The notes under the pieces were generated by a model. It saw only the letters and a program-made list of their open reading frames with translations, did not search any database and was not told the DNA's origin. This document shows positions 41,945 to 54,292 of a stretch of 64,000 nucleotides of DNA, one piece after another. Position numbers and translations under genes: made by a program. The stretch covers positions 40,426,001-40,490,000 of the forward strand of contig NC_087251.1 in the NCBI RefSeq assembly GCF_037042905.1, in the 5' to 3' direction. Source of the stretch: Lytechinus pictus (Eukaryota). Positions within the stretch are counted from its first letter, which is position 1. The number at the start of each line of letters is the position of its first letter.

Positions 41945-44900
41945 CAACGTTCTCGCCAGGTTCACTCTGAGGCTTGGCGGCGCGAAGCGACGCAAGCCGC
42001 GCAGCGGCCTCGGTGCGTGTGCGAAGCACGCACGGGGGGAGGGTTCGGGAGGGGGGTGTCCCCCCTCCCGCGCAAAGCGCGGTAGCTATCGAAAATATCA
42101 ATATCGACGAGCTTAGATTGCTGCTAAATGCACCACATTTTATGTCTATTTAATGCTTCTCCGGCCACACAGCCGTAACGGTTGCGCGAATTGCGATTAA
42201 AGCAGAAAGGCAATTACTGATAACTTAAAAATTGAAGTCAATCTCATTTTATACTTACAGTTTATAGACTATTTACATCTATGAATTAACTCCATACTTT
42301 CCAATGTTCAGATCGATATCGCTACATCCTTAGAAAGTGCAATTAATTTTGTGAATGCGTGTTGTTTCTTATGTCAATGACCGACTGCATCTACGGACCG
42401 CATGCGTAGCCCTTTGAGCTTGCGCTGCGTCACGCCCTTACTAAATCCAAAGATTGTTCCGACTTTATACCTCGGTCACATTTGTTCTACGGCGGCCGTA
42501 CGGCGAGTCGAAAACAGCCGTTTTAACATTTTTTGTACCAGCTGAATATAGGTGGTTACCGTGGTTTGAATGAAAATGAATAAAACGGCTGTTTTCGACT
42601 CGCCGTAGAGCAAATGTGACCGAGGTATTATTTGGAAATCCGAGGCTTCCAAATAATGGGCATCGGTATTCATGAGACGGGGTCCCCAACTTATATAATT
42701 TTCATGGTTTTTTGTTTGGTTTATTCGATACTCACTGAAACTATAACTCTCATAAGACTTCTGTTGATGATGTTTATACTAATAATTTCTAATCGAGATT
42801 CTTTTATCACAGTCAATTATTGCTGTGTTCCTTTGTATTGTTCGTTACTCACCTATAAAATAATGAATGTGCTGTGCTCATCACGAGCGTGAGAAATATT
42901 TTTAGTCATTCATTATACTCTAATATTACGAATTTGTTTTTCTTAACTGCGATTTAAAATGTTTTGAAAGTATAGGTTAATTGACAGGAAATAAGATTTC
43001 TATTTTTACATAATACATTATGTAGGCCTACAAATACAGCGTGTGTGAAAGAGAGGAAGAGGGGTGGGGTTGTAGGATGGTCGAAGGGAGAGAGCGATAG
43101 GGGAGGGGTCGTGGCGTGGACAATGACAAGGGGATGTTGAGATTGTGTGTGTGGGATTGGTGAATAAGTCAATATTCGAAGCGAATACATTTTTATAGAC
43201 GTGTCTATACTTCTACCGATGATGACGGCCGAATAATCTTTCTTACATGTATATTTTGGTGAATTTAAAAAATATTTTCTTGCACCATGAGTGGGATGAT
43301 CGAGGTACGTGATTCAATAAATTGCATCACAATATCACCATAGGTGTAGTTTGAAAATCACGAACAGTTTATTAAAAATGAATAAAAGAGAAAGATCTTC
43401 TTAATTTTATAGCCCCCATCCAGCGTAAACACCATGAAGAGTTTTTGAGGTCACGAAATCAGCTGATTCGCACTCAAACAACAGGTTAACAGGTCACACA
43501 CGTGGGACACATTCCAAGGGCGGGAATTCGGGGAAACCCGTTTTCAAGCACAATGATTGGCTCAACCCAGAAAGTGAATACTAATTAGATCACGTGCCAT
43601 CGGCTTTGGGGCGTCTCGTTCACATTCCAACTCATTTCATAAATATCATCCACTCGCAGTATAATTAGGCTAACGACGTTGCCAAGATATAACTCATATA
43701 TTAAAAGCACAATTCCGATATAAAACATAAAGACATAAGTGAACTTGAAAAATTCATCCAACGATATTAAAATTATACTAGCAACTCATTGTGGGCGTGA
43801 AAAAACGATATACATATCCGATATCCTCTAAAACGTTCACACATATCAACTTCAATAATTCGTACTTGAAACGAATATCTGTGAATGAATTGCCAATTCC
43901 ACTTTGTTGAATGTGTACTTCTATCGAAATCTATTGAATCACGTACCTCTCCCGACCCAAGGTGGATTTTCCAATCGCCATAAAGATTATGCAGCCACAA
44001 TCACAGTAGACACATCCATAAATGAATATTAATTTCATTCGCTACGAACTTAATCCCCTCCCCACAAAGTCACAAACATCCCATCATTTTCATCTACATT
44101 GCCCACGGCCACCCCCCATTCTCTTTTTTTCCTTTACACAAATTAATTTCAAATGATATTTTGTTTTAAATCGTAGTTAAGCAATTGTACAACAAATTCA
44201 TAAAGCATTCACTGTGATGACTAAAAACATTTATCAGGCCCGCGACAGGTGCGCTCATTATTTAATTGGCAGGCAAAGAGTAATAAAGAACAATACAAAT
44301 GAAAATACACTGTACGTATAACTCACATAAAAAAAATGAGTCGTAATGATAAAAAATGTGAATAATATTAATAAAGATTATTAATTATGAAAATTATAAC
44401 AGATTCAATGAATATATGAAAAAAATCAAATTAAATTAGTTTTGGATCCCATCTAATCTTGGAAGACTATCGGATCCCCGGATCAAGGATTTTGATGCCA
44501 TGTGCGATTTGTATTATGAATGTGACCGTTGCGAGCGCGAGTGCAGTGGCACAGAACTTGGTAGACACGCCGTCGCGAAATTAATCAACAGTTTCAAAAG
44601 ATCGACGTAGAGATCAAGACTTTGGAAATAATGGAATAAAATCGGAATTTAAATGTGAATAAATCATTTTGATGTAAGTAAATGAGTTGGACATTATATC
44701 AATCCATTCCATTGGCTTTGTCATTATTAACGTGATCTTTGAATAGTTTTTCTCAATTCGCTCTACGGCAGTGTCATCAGAAATGCATTCAATGAATTCA
44801 AGTAGATGTAGCTATAAAGGCTGGGGCCTGGGACGAGATGAAACTATATTTCGATCGAATTTTGATAGTAATTTTAACACACTTTATTTTTGACATAATA

Positions 44901-45366
44901 AGTGACAATATCAACTGAAATTCGTATTAATCTAAATTACATTGCCCAAGCCAGTAACCCACGATACCCCTCTCCCCTCACTTGTTTTTGAGCGTATTTA
45001 CTACCATTTTAAAGACGTAAATAATGTGAGCAATGCGATACGCAAATGCGAGGTAAACATCTTCGCGCTTCCCACAAAAGAGATTGGGCCTCGAGTCGAG
45101 GTCGTATCGTATATAGCGCACTAGTAGTGAGTGAGTCAAAGAAATCCCGGGAAGAAATCGTGGACGAAATAATCGACAAGTTTATTTTAGGATCTGAAAA
45201 GCAGATTATTTATTTTTATATATTATTCAGTTTTTGTGTAGATCTAGGCCTGCTTTACAGTTGTCGGCCACGGTTGTCGGTGAAGTTCAGGGTCGGCGGA
45301 TTTGCCCTGAAAATTTTCAGGCTTGGCGGCGCCCGCCAACCGTGACGCGTGGTAGCGAGAACGTTG
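41945..45366. mobile_element. 3.4-kb non-autonomous hAT-like DNA transposon in RCE1 intron 1
   Basis: TIRs CAACGTTCTCGC (41945) / GCGAGAACGTTG (45355-45366). Perfect 8-bp TSD CACACACT at 41937-41944 and 45367-45374. Subterminal AGGCTTGGCGGCG at both ends. No transposase ORF. Confidence 0.88.
42468..42627. mobile_element. PIF/Harbinger-like MITE nested in the hAT-like element
   Basis: TIRs TACCTCGGTCACATTTG / CAAATGTGACCGAGGTA, with a TTA TSD on both sides. Confidence 0.88.
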
Positions 45367-46467
45367 CACACACTCACACTAGTACGAGGTTAGTATATAC
45401 TAACCTCGTACACCGAACCGTGTTTGACCCTTGATTTCGAAGTAGTCGGCAAACATCGCTTCATTGCTGAAGTAATACTAATATTTGCCGAAACTCCTTC
45501 TCGCTACTCACCGGGGCTCTTTCCGGTAAGTAGCAATACATTAAAAAATTAAAAATGTAATTTGAATATAATAATCGGTCAAAAAGAGCAAATTTTGCTT
45601 ACCTCGGCCTGGAAAGTAACTTCGTTTGTCTCTTCTACGGAAATACAAGGAGGCCCGTTGGTGGCGCTAATAAATTTCACAACCTTGATTCAGCTCCTCG
45701 GTAATTTTATAACTGTGTCTAAATTCTTTGAATGCGCAATTCTTATGATTAATTTACTAATTATGGGCACCAATAAATGAAATACCTTCAAACATGTCAA
45801 AAACATAATTCAAGATTATTATTGGCGATGATAACACTTTTCTGCAATTAATTTAAAACGATGACTAATAAAGAAAAATTGAAAAAAATATACGTGCCTG
45901 GAACGAAACCAGCAGTACAGGCTTTAACGAACATCAATAATACGGTATACCAAAGTCTTTACAATGAAAAGATTGGACACTTCACGGACTTTGCGTAATT
46001 ACCTGCGTCAATTTGCGTGTAAAATAGTGTAGGTGCCTAGTCTTTCCCTTGTCGTGTCTTTGATATGAATATAAATCGCGCGCCCTCTTTAGACGAAAAT
46101 TGATATCGGCGCTGACCAAATTTTATCTCCGTGAAATCTTCACTAAAGATCAAGAAAATATACATATCTTTTAGAAGAAACTTCAAGGAGAAGTCACGGA
46201 AGGATCTAAATGATTGGGTAAGTGTCATAGCAGAATGTGAAATCCCTAATTATGTGTGATGTTTTATGTGGGCGAAAGCCCAGTAGTATATGGATGTGTC
46301 GTGTGTGTCGCGTTATTATGAATAATATTCCTTCGCATGCGAGATGATATGAGCCCATGGGTGACCCACACAGGTTATTCAAACTTAATTAACTTAACTT
46401 TTGAAATTAAGTTAACTTGCCAGCGACAGATATCCTTTAATTGTGTGCATGCGACATTACTTTTTCA

Positions 46468-46600
46468 ATTTGTCTCGCCCACCAGAGGTGAAGGCGAGAC
46501 TAAGGGATCCAAATGTCGTCTGTCCATCTGTCAAACATTAATCACGTAAGTCACTTTTCAACCGAATTTGGATGGTAGATGTAGATGTACATCGGGGACA
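46468..46600 (+). mobile_element. Helentron/HINE-like terminal fragment
   Basis: T-run, stem GTCTCGCC-CACC..GGTG-GGCGAGAC, then a GTCGTCTGTCCATCTGTC microsatellite-like tract. Confidence 0.45.
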
Positions 46601-47196
46601 AAAATTATCTCTCAAAAACCAGTGACCAGTGAGAAACTGTCACTTTATGGTAAAAAAGGCAACATATGACAAAAAAAATACATTAAGCTTACTCTACAGT
46701 GAACTTTCCATCGGACACAGACTCACTCCTTGCCCTTTCTTGTAAACGTCTAAAAATCAGTGATTTGAAGCCAGTTCTCAGTTCATCACACATATTAAAT
46801 TCTATGCCTAATAGTAAAATTATAGCAGTTTGGTTGACCAAAATTTGATATAATTATGCACATTTATTTGTTAAGTCAAGTAGCTGATTACCTCAGATTT
46901 TCTATGCATACTTTATTTATTCCTAAATAAAAATTACAAAATATAAATGCTTTTATGTCATAAATTGTACCCTTACTTTAATAGAGGAAGACCCATATCA
47001 ATAGCTTTTGTCATCCAGCGTTCACGGTGAGGAGTAATAATAGACCTCTAGAAAATCGGCCACCGATTTTCTCGATGAAACCCAGGGCCGGCCCCAGTCC
47101 ACCGATTCGCAGATTACGCAAACCTACATTACCTCGAACCCTTCTCGGTCCATTCGCCAGCTGGTGCGAATTACGTCAAATCGCATAAATTTCCAG

Positions 47197-47452
47197 ATGA
47201 AGGAGGAAGGAAAAGTATGACGAGTGAGATGAAAAAAAGAGGAAGCGGAAGAAGAAGCAGGAGGAGAAGAAGAGGAAGAAGAAAAGAAGAAGAGGAAGAA
47301 GAAAAAGAAGAAAAAAGAAGGAGGAGGAAGAGGAGGAGGATAAGAAGAAAAAGAGGAGGAGGAAGAATAAGTAGTAGAAGAAGAAGAAGGAGGAGAAGAT
47401 GAAAAAGAAGAATGAGGGAAAGGAGAAGAAGAAGTAGAAGAAGAAAGGGAGT
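47197..47452. repeat. purine-rich (GAA/GGA)n low-complexity tract
   Basis: Direct inspection. Confidence 0.9.
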
Positions 47453-47789
47453 GGAATACACAGTTTTGTGAATAAGATAATATTGCATGCTAGGCATAAA
47501 ATCTACTTTTTTCTGTACAATAATCACCAACCTGCTTGTACATCCAAAAAGCTAGATTAGTGATTGTATAATGATTGTATAATTTAAAGGCGACTTATTC
47601 CTCGTTTAGATCTGTCTCTCTCTGGTGTCATACTAAACAATCGTCCGGAAAGAACACTGCATGAAATTCCTTATCAAAACACGAGGTACACGTGCGAGGG
47701 CCATTTAGATTAGAACAAACATCTGCGGTAATCGCGAGATGCGATGTGATCGTACCTATTCCACTGAGGGGAAAAACGCGCGCAAACAA

Positions 47790-48860
47790 CTCTTATGTAT
47801 TTTCCTGGTCCTATTTTTATCTTCTTTTTTTTTTTAATGAATTTTTATGTATCTCCTTGTTTTAATATTTTCATCTTCTATTAATTCTTATGTATATTTT
47901 GTTCACTCCTTCCGTTTTCTTTATGATTTCTTATGTATTTCTATAATATGTTTTAATTCTTCTTTCACTCTCTTTTCTATCAAATCTTATGTATTTCTAT
48001 TTTTCAATTCTTCTCTTCTCTTTATTTCAATCAATTATGTATTTTATTGTTTTGTGTTTTCTATCATATTCTATAAATTATTTTGTGTTTCTTTGTTTTA
48101 ATTTTTCTGTCATATTTTCCTCGACCAATTCTTATGTATTTCTATGTTTAAATTTTCTTGCATCTTTGTCTATCAATTCTTTCATTTACTTTCATTTATT
48201 CTTCTATCAATTATGTATTTTTTTTTTTCATCTTTTCTTCTATCAATTCTTATGTATTTCTTTGTTTTATTTTTTCTTTCATCATATTTTCTTTTATCAA
48301 TTGTTATGTATTTTCTTGTTTTAGTTCTTCTTTTATAATAATAATGGTGGCTACTATTATAGCGCACAGGTCCACGTTTTTGTGCTCTAGGTGCTTTAAA
48401 AAGGCACTGCGTTATTATTACCCTGGCTAAGCTAGTCAACCGATTAAGGCGCACACAGCTTTTTGAGGAATTATTTCCTGCCGGTACCCATTTACATCAC
48501 CTGGGTTGAGTGCAGCACACAGTGGATGAATTTCTTGCTGAAACGTCAAGGCTGGGATTTGAACCCACGACCCTCTGTTTCAAAGTCCGGAGACTAATCC
48601 ACTGGGTCACAACGCTCCACATATCTTTATCTTCTGATCTATTAATTCTTATGTATTTCTTAGTTCCGATTTTTCTTTTTTCTTTGTTCTATCAATTATT
48701 TTGTATTCTGTTTTAATCCTTTTTTCTACAAAATCTTATGTTTTTCTTTGTTTTCTCCTTCCGTTTTATTTTTTTATAATTTCTCATGTATTTCTTTGTT
48801 TCATTTCTTCTTTCCTCTTCTTAATCAATTTTCTTATGTATTTATTTGTTTATAATTATG
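47790..48860. repeat. degenerate T-rich minisatellite (TTCTATCAATTCTTATGTATTTC core) interrupted by a SINE
   Basis: The core recurs roughly every 40-50 bp on both sides of 48334-48620. Confidence 0.7.
48334..48620 (-). mobile_element. tRNA-derived SINE (same family as 30325-30601)
   Basis: On the minus strand: B-box GGTTCAAATCCC, body CAGCAAGAAATTCATCCAC.GTGTGCTGCACTCAACCCAGGTG...AATGGGTACCGGCAGGA, and an (ATT)n tail. Confidence 0.85.
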
Positions 48861-49054
48861 TCTTGATTCATCTTTTGTCAATGTCAGTCAATGGAAAAAG
48901 TGCGAGCTGCACATCGATCAAGACCATGCACTCAGATAAAGGACTTCCATTTTCTATGCTGTATTTACGCCACGACCGTTTAGACCTACAGTCCAACAGT
49001 GGATCACGCCATATAATCTTGCGATTGTGCTAGGCTGTCTAGAGTGTATTTTAC

Positions 49055-49366
49055 TTCAATAATAATGCACTTTAATAATCAGTTGTCAATCCAATTGTTC
49101 TAGTTCTTGGTAGAAAATAAATGAATTTACCTAATTTCATATAATAAAATACAAAAGAACAAGTGGGGATATGACATCATCAGCCAACCTAATGAATATT
49201 CATAAAGACATGCCTAGAATTGTTTCACCACAATAATGCAATTCTTTAAAATTTTAATAACTTTGTTATTTGTTATCCGATTTTGATCAAATTTTCAGCA
49301 TTTGCTTTGTGAATTTTACTCTATTTATTGAGATATAAATATATCCAGCCTGGACCATCCCTTTAA
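49055..49366. mobile_element. right half of a Kolobok-like MITE
   Basis: Ends CAGCCTGGACCATCCCTTTAA; matches the 29039 family. Confidence 0.75.
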
Positions 49367-49432
49367 TAATCACACATGCAAATGTACATTGGTCATTGTT
49401 AGAACCTGGGAGATTAGAGTTGATCCCATCAT

Positions 49433-49865
49433 AGACCCCATTCTCATTACACTTTCTAAAACTAGTTTACTGGAAACCGGTTTAGGAAACCAGTTTGGAA
49501 GATCGCTCTGCTAGCGTTCCCATATGATCACTCGAAAGTGGTTTTCAAAATCACTTCAAATAAAGCAGTCTTGTTGCTACGGGAACACTCACAGTGGGGT
49601 GATATGTTTTGCGTGAAATTTGAAACCGCAGCGTAGGCATTCTACACACGGTGTGTGGAGTAGCGCGCTCAAAATGTGCGAAGATAGCTTCCCAAAGAAC
49701 AGTTCAGTCCTCACGCTAAAACCAGTTTAACGAGGCAAGCGATCTTGAAAACTACATCGCGAGATGGTTTTATTAACCGGTTCGGGAGATCGCTTCGACC
49801 GTTCTCATTTCACGTTCAACTAGTTTCCACTAAACTAGGTATAGGAAGGTAGTGAGAATGGTGTC
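49433..49865. mobile_element. Harbinger-like MITE
   Basis: GACCCCATTCTCATTAC...GTAGTGAGAATGGTGTC, with internal AAACTAGTTT/AAACCGGTTT repeats. Confidence 0.65.
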
Positions 49866-51411
49866 CAAGTCCCTGTTTTACCATGGGACTGCATTTTGCC
49901 TACGTATCTTTATCTCACCAGATGTGTATTTGAAATGTGTTTTATCATGGTTCTGTTTATACTTCCTCAAAAACCCTGAGTCTGGTCAAACGACGTGTAG
50001 AAACGCACCTTTTTGTAAGTTTACGATCGGACAGTGTTCTGAAACATTGTTTAAATGCAAGTAAGCATGGACTTAACTGTATTTTTGGACTAATCACGTA
50101 TGAAAACGCTGATTCTGGCCTGAAAAGTGGAAGCATAAACATGCCGCTAAGCCCAGTGGAGCATAATGATTGTTTTCTCCCTGGTGATGCTCATCAGTGG
50201 TTTCATTAAACCTCCCAGAAGTGTGGTTATCAGCTCACTGAGGTCATCAAGGTGTGTTAGAGAATGTGGATGGTATGCATAGCAACAGTTGCCGAGGCAA
50301 AACGTTTACAGTGAATTGTGCTATTTACATGTATAATAGATATGCGGTATACCATGAGCAGTATTGAGAGTGATGTAGATTAAGTGTACATGTATGATGA
50401 GTGATGACAGTGTCATTCAATGTTGGAATATCTACATGTACCCCCGCCCTTTCTTCAATTATGCATAGAAGTACATGCACTTTATTTGTAATAAAATTAA
50501 AATCAGCTCGAAAAAAAAACAACAAATAATATCTTTTTGTAAATTAAAGGGTGAAACTTTATACCCTAGGACTTTGTTGTTGTTAGAGTTGTCCTGTATA
50601 TTTCTATTTTCAATTCAAATGCAGCTATATTTTTTGTCATTTATTGGTTAACTGACTTCTGAGTTTCATGATAACTTCAATGAGCCTACATATATTTGTA
50701 TTGAGATGAATTGATATAAAATTATTGAAACAATTCCAAATGTTAATTTTACATGTAGTGAAAAAATAATTCTGAGCCTAAATCTCATGATGCTACATGT
50801 ACAGAAACATGTATTTCCTATCTCACCTCAAAAAATTGCTCTACTGAATTGTTTTAGACATGATTACATTGCTTATTTTTAGAACATCTATTTTTATACC
50901 GGTATATCTTGTTTTAAAAAAGTGACAAACTGTCCATTATTCAGTCAGTAATAATCAGTCTGTGAGATGTAGAAGATAACATTTATTTGGCATTGTCTGT
51001 GTGAGAGTAATAAGCCAAGGGAAAGTGTATTGGCTTCATCAGTAGGCTTGGGATGTCACCCCTCTCCGACACTGACTCTCACAGCTCTGATCAAAGACCA
51101 AACTAAAGGATATATTTTTCTGAATTCCCCTCTGGTTGTGGCTAACGAGGATTTCAAACCTATGTGTATCAGCATTGCATAATATCTGATTTAGATTTTT
51201 TTTTGCATTCTTTTACACGTTCATTCAAATATATTGTGTTCAGCTTATCATTATTAGTGTCATATTATTGGATTGGTTTTCTTCCGCCTTTTATTTTATC
51301 GCAATCAATCAAGACTTTACCAGATACATACTTATGTTTTATAAATCATGCAGTGCTCAGCAATCAGCTGCCTAAATTATGTTGTATTATCAATGTAGAC
51401 AATGCCCCATA

Positions 51412-52024
51412 TTAAAGTTTGAGTCCACCCCAACAAAAAGTTGATTTGAATGAAAAGAGAAAAATCAAACTCGCATAACACTGAAATTTTCATAAAAATC
51501 AGATGAAAAATAAGAAAGTTATGACATTTTAAAATTCTGCTCATTTTACCCAAAACAGTTATATGCACATCACAGTTATATTCAACTGAGAGATATGATG
51601 ATGTCGCTCACTCGCTATTTTTTATTTTATTTTATTGTTTAAATTATGCAATATTTCATTTTTTTTGACATTTTTCAAAAAATCACAATAGATTACAAAA
51701 ATTGCTATTACTCATGTTCAAGGAGGAATTAAACTTTGTTTGTCATATATACAATTATGAGAAGATGAAAATATATCATTTTTCATATCATAAAATACAA
51801 AAGAAATATTGAGTAGATGACATCATCTGGTCATCAGTTCCCTCATTTGTACACTAACCAGTGCTTATAAATGTTTTGTGAACTTCAGTGAAACTGTTAA
51901 AGTCACAACTTTCTTATTATAGTAATTTGACATCGAATTTTGATGGAATTTTCAGCATTGATCTTGTTTGATTTTTCTGTTTTTATTTTTTGAACTTTTT
52001 TCTGGGGTGGATGTGTTTTTTGAA
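51412..52024. mobile_element. TTAA-type Kolobok-like MITE (same subfamily as 10230-10803)
   Basis: TTAAAGTTTGAGTCCACCCCAACAAAAAG...CTTTTTTCTGGGGTGGA. Confidence 0.72.
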
Positions 52025-52600
52025 GACCGCATTGGAAGTAAAACTGTAAACACACCCTAAACATTGGCCAGCTGTGTAGAAGTAGCACACAACATGTACA
52101 ATGTCAATGATGCACGTTTCATGCACTTCCACTGCGCTGAGGCCACCTTCCCCCTTGGCCCTTAGCCCCACCTATTTCCCGGGGTTAAGGAAAATTTCTG
52201 TAGTGTGAAACTGAAAAGCATACTAGAAGGTCTGAGCGAGAAAGAGTGGCACCCTCTTACACAGTATGCACACAAACCCAAAACATAATGATAATTGTTT
52301 TTACTACAATAAAAAAAAGTATCTAGGCCCCCATATATATTTCATATGGATGGGTTGTGATAGATCTCACCCAATGTATATTGCCAAATAATTGCCCAAG
52401 ACTTTGGGTGGTATGATTACAATGAGGAAATGAATAAAAGTCATTCTAGGCAAGGCAAGTCCATTTTTGTTAGTGTCAAGCCAACCTCAAGGCATTTCAA
52501 GAAGACTGGTGTCAAACCAGGAAGTAACCTACAATTGCTATTGTCTAACCTATATATGTATGTATACAGTAGTTGCCCAGTTTTATTCTCAGTCTGCAGT

Positions 52601-52997
52601 GGGCGATTCCATGCGTGTCGTACGGGACATTTTGACAACAATTTCTAGTTTCCTAGCCGAATGCTTGAGCAATGAAATATTCTTTGTTGTCAATGATAAA
52701 GTTATAGTGGGTAGTCATGTGAAAAACTAATAACCAACACAAAAAAATTGATTATGGGTAAATTATAGGTGAAAATGTTGTGCGTCGTACGGGACGCAGA
52801 AATGTCCCGTATGACACGCAACATTTTAAGCTCTAATTCACCTATGGACAACATTTGTGTTGGTTGTCAGTTTTTTGCATGTCTACCAAGTAGTCCTTCA
52901 ATATTACCACAAAGCAAATTGAAGTTCTTTATTCGTTTGGACAGCAGGTTGAAAAATGTTGTGAAAAATGGCTGATTTTTCTAGCATGGAATTGCCC
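52601..52997. mobile_element. MITE with a 4-bp TSD (Sola-like)
   Basis: TIRs GGGCGATTCCATGC / GCATGGAATTGCCC, with CAGT duplicated on both flanks. The superfamily is inferred from GRG termini plus the 4-bp TSD. Confidence 0.78.
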
Positions 52998-53010
52998 CAG
53001 TGTACAGTAG

Positions 53011-53266
53011 TAAATCATCTCAAACACTCAAACTTTCACATGACAAGAAAAAAAAGAATAAAACCGAAAAATAGAATTACATGTACTGTTATATTATCAA
53101 AAAGGAAAATGAAAATAGGGAGATGAAATAGGCTATAGCTGTCTATAGCTAAATCATCTCAAACACTCAAACTTTCACATGACAAGAAAAAAAAAAAATA
53201 AAACCAAAAAATAGAATTACGTTTACTGTTATATTATCAAAAATGAAAATGAAAATAGGGAGATGA
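53011..53266. repeat. ~139-bp-period tandem duplication
   Basis: TAAATCATCTCAAACACTCAAACTTTCACATGACAAG...GGGAGATGA occurs at 53011 and 53150. Confidence 0.88.
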
Positions 53267-53267
53267 C

Positions 53268-53812
53268 AATAAAGCAATATTGACTGGCCTCGGGGCGATA
53301 CGACATATATCGCCCAAACTATCAATTTAGCGAGGGCGATATATGTTTTCGCCCCCAGGCCAGTCAATATTGCTATTATTAACCAAATCAGACATCTAGA
53401 GCGAAAATCTTTAAAATTTAGATTTGTTAAATTTTTAGAATGAGAATCTAGTTTATCATGTTGAGCAGACTGGGCCTCTGAACTTTACCATTGTGACGTA
53501 ATTGAAATGACGCGTCCCTGGCCTAGGGACACAGTATCCAGCGTTGTCTTAACTTGATTACCATTATGACGTATAGCACTGCGCGGTTCAAGGATGCGTG
53601 CAAAAACGCGTAGAATACCCGGATATTAGCGCTGCCTTTTATTGCCCGCTACATTTCCACGCATTTTCTCATTGACTTTCCTGAGTGGGCAATAAATTGG
53701 GCCCGTGGATAAACAATTGGAATTTTATTGACCGGCCATTTGATCCCAGTCTTAAGCAGGCAACAATGTTTCAAAGTTGCCCTGCTCAGATGTCTGATAC
53801 GGTTAATAATAG
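53268..53812. mobile_element. double-hairpin non-autonomous element (Crypton-like)
   Basis: Hairpin AGCAATATTGACTGGCCT...AGGCCAGTCAATATTGCT (53273-53374). It abuts a second inverted pair CTATTATTAACC.AATCAGACATCT / AGATGTCTGATACGGTTAATAATAG (53373-53812). Confidence 0.55.
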
Positions 53813-54186
53813 TCTATAGCTTTCTATAGCTACGGCTTTGCTAGTCTAGTCTTCTGGAATTCTTCGAGATAACACTTTGGCACCATATCTATTTGTAATT
53901 GTAGTAGATTACATTCTAAGATATTAACTAGATTCTGTACGAACAAAGGGAACGGACATGAAACCTATGTACTACAAGTAGGGACCAACACAAATATTTG
54001 ACTGATTTAAATTATGCTGAGGATAAAGCATGATAGCATGATATCACAAAAGGCACTGTATAAATGAAATGTTTTTATTATTTAAAATGGAAATGGAAGT
54101 GGCAATTAAAAGAAATGAAAATCAGCAGAGATAATGAATTAATATTGCCAGCTGCTTAATCCTTAACCCTTTTTTGTTTATTTCAG

Positions 54187-54292
54187 AGACCATCCGAAGA
54201 CGATCAAGCAGAGGACACTTAGTGTGTTTGTAATATGTTTAGCAGCCCCATTGTTTCTCCTTTTTATCAGCAGTGAAGTACCGTATAATCAG
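54187..54292 (+). CDS. RCE1: CAAX prenyl protease 2, coding exon 2 (gene continues beyond the window)
   Basis: Polypyrimidine tract plus TTTCAG acceptor ending at 54186. AG+A completes Arg, then DHPKTIKQRTLSVFVICLAAPLFLLFISSEVPYNQ. Donor CAG|GTAAGA at 54293. Continues the RCE1 motif R-DHP..IK.R..SV. Confidence 0.93.

Noticed and set aside
47171..47530. Leu-rich and Arg/Glu-rich ORFs
   Set aside because: Low-complexity GAA/GGA tract.
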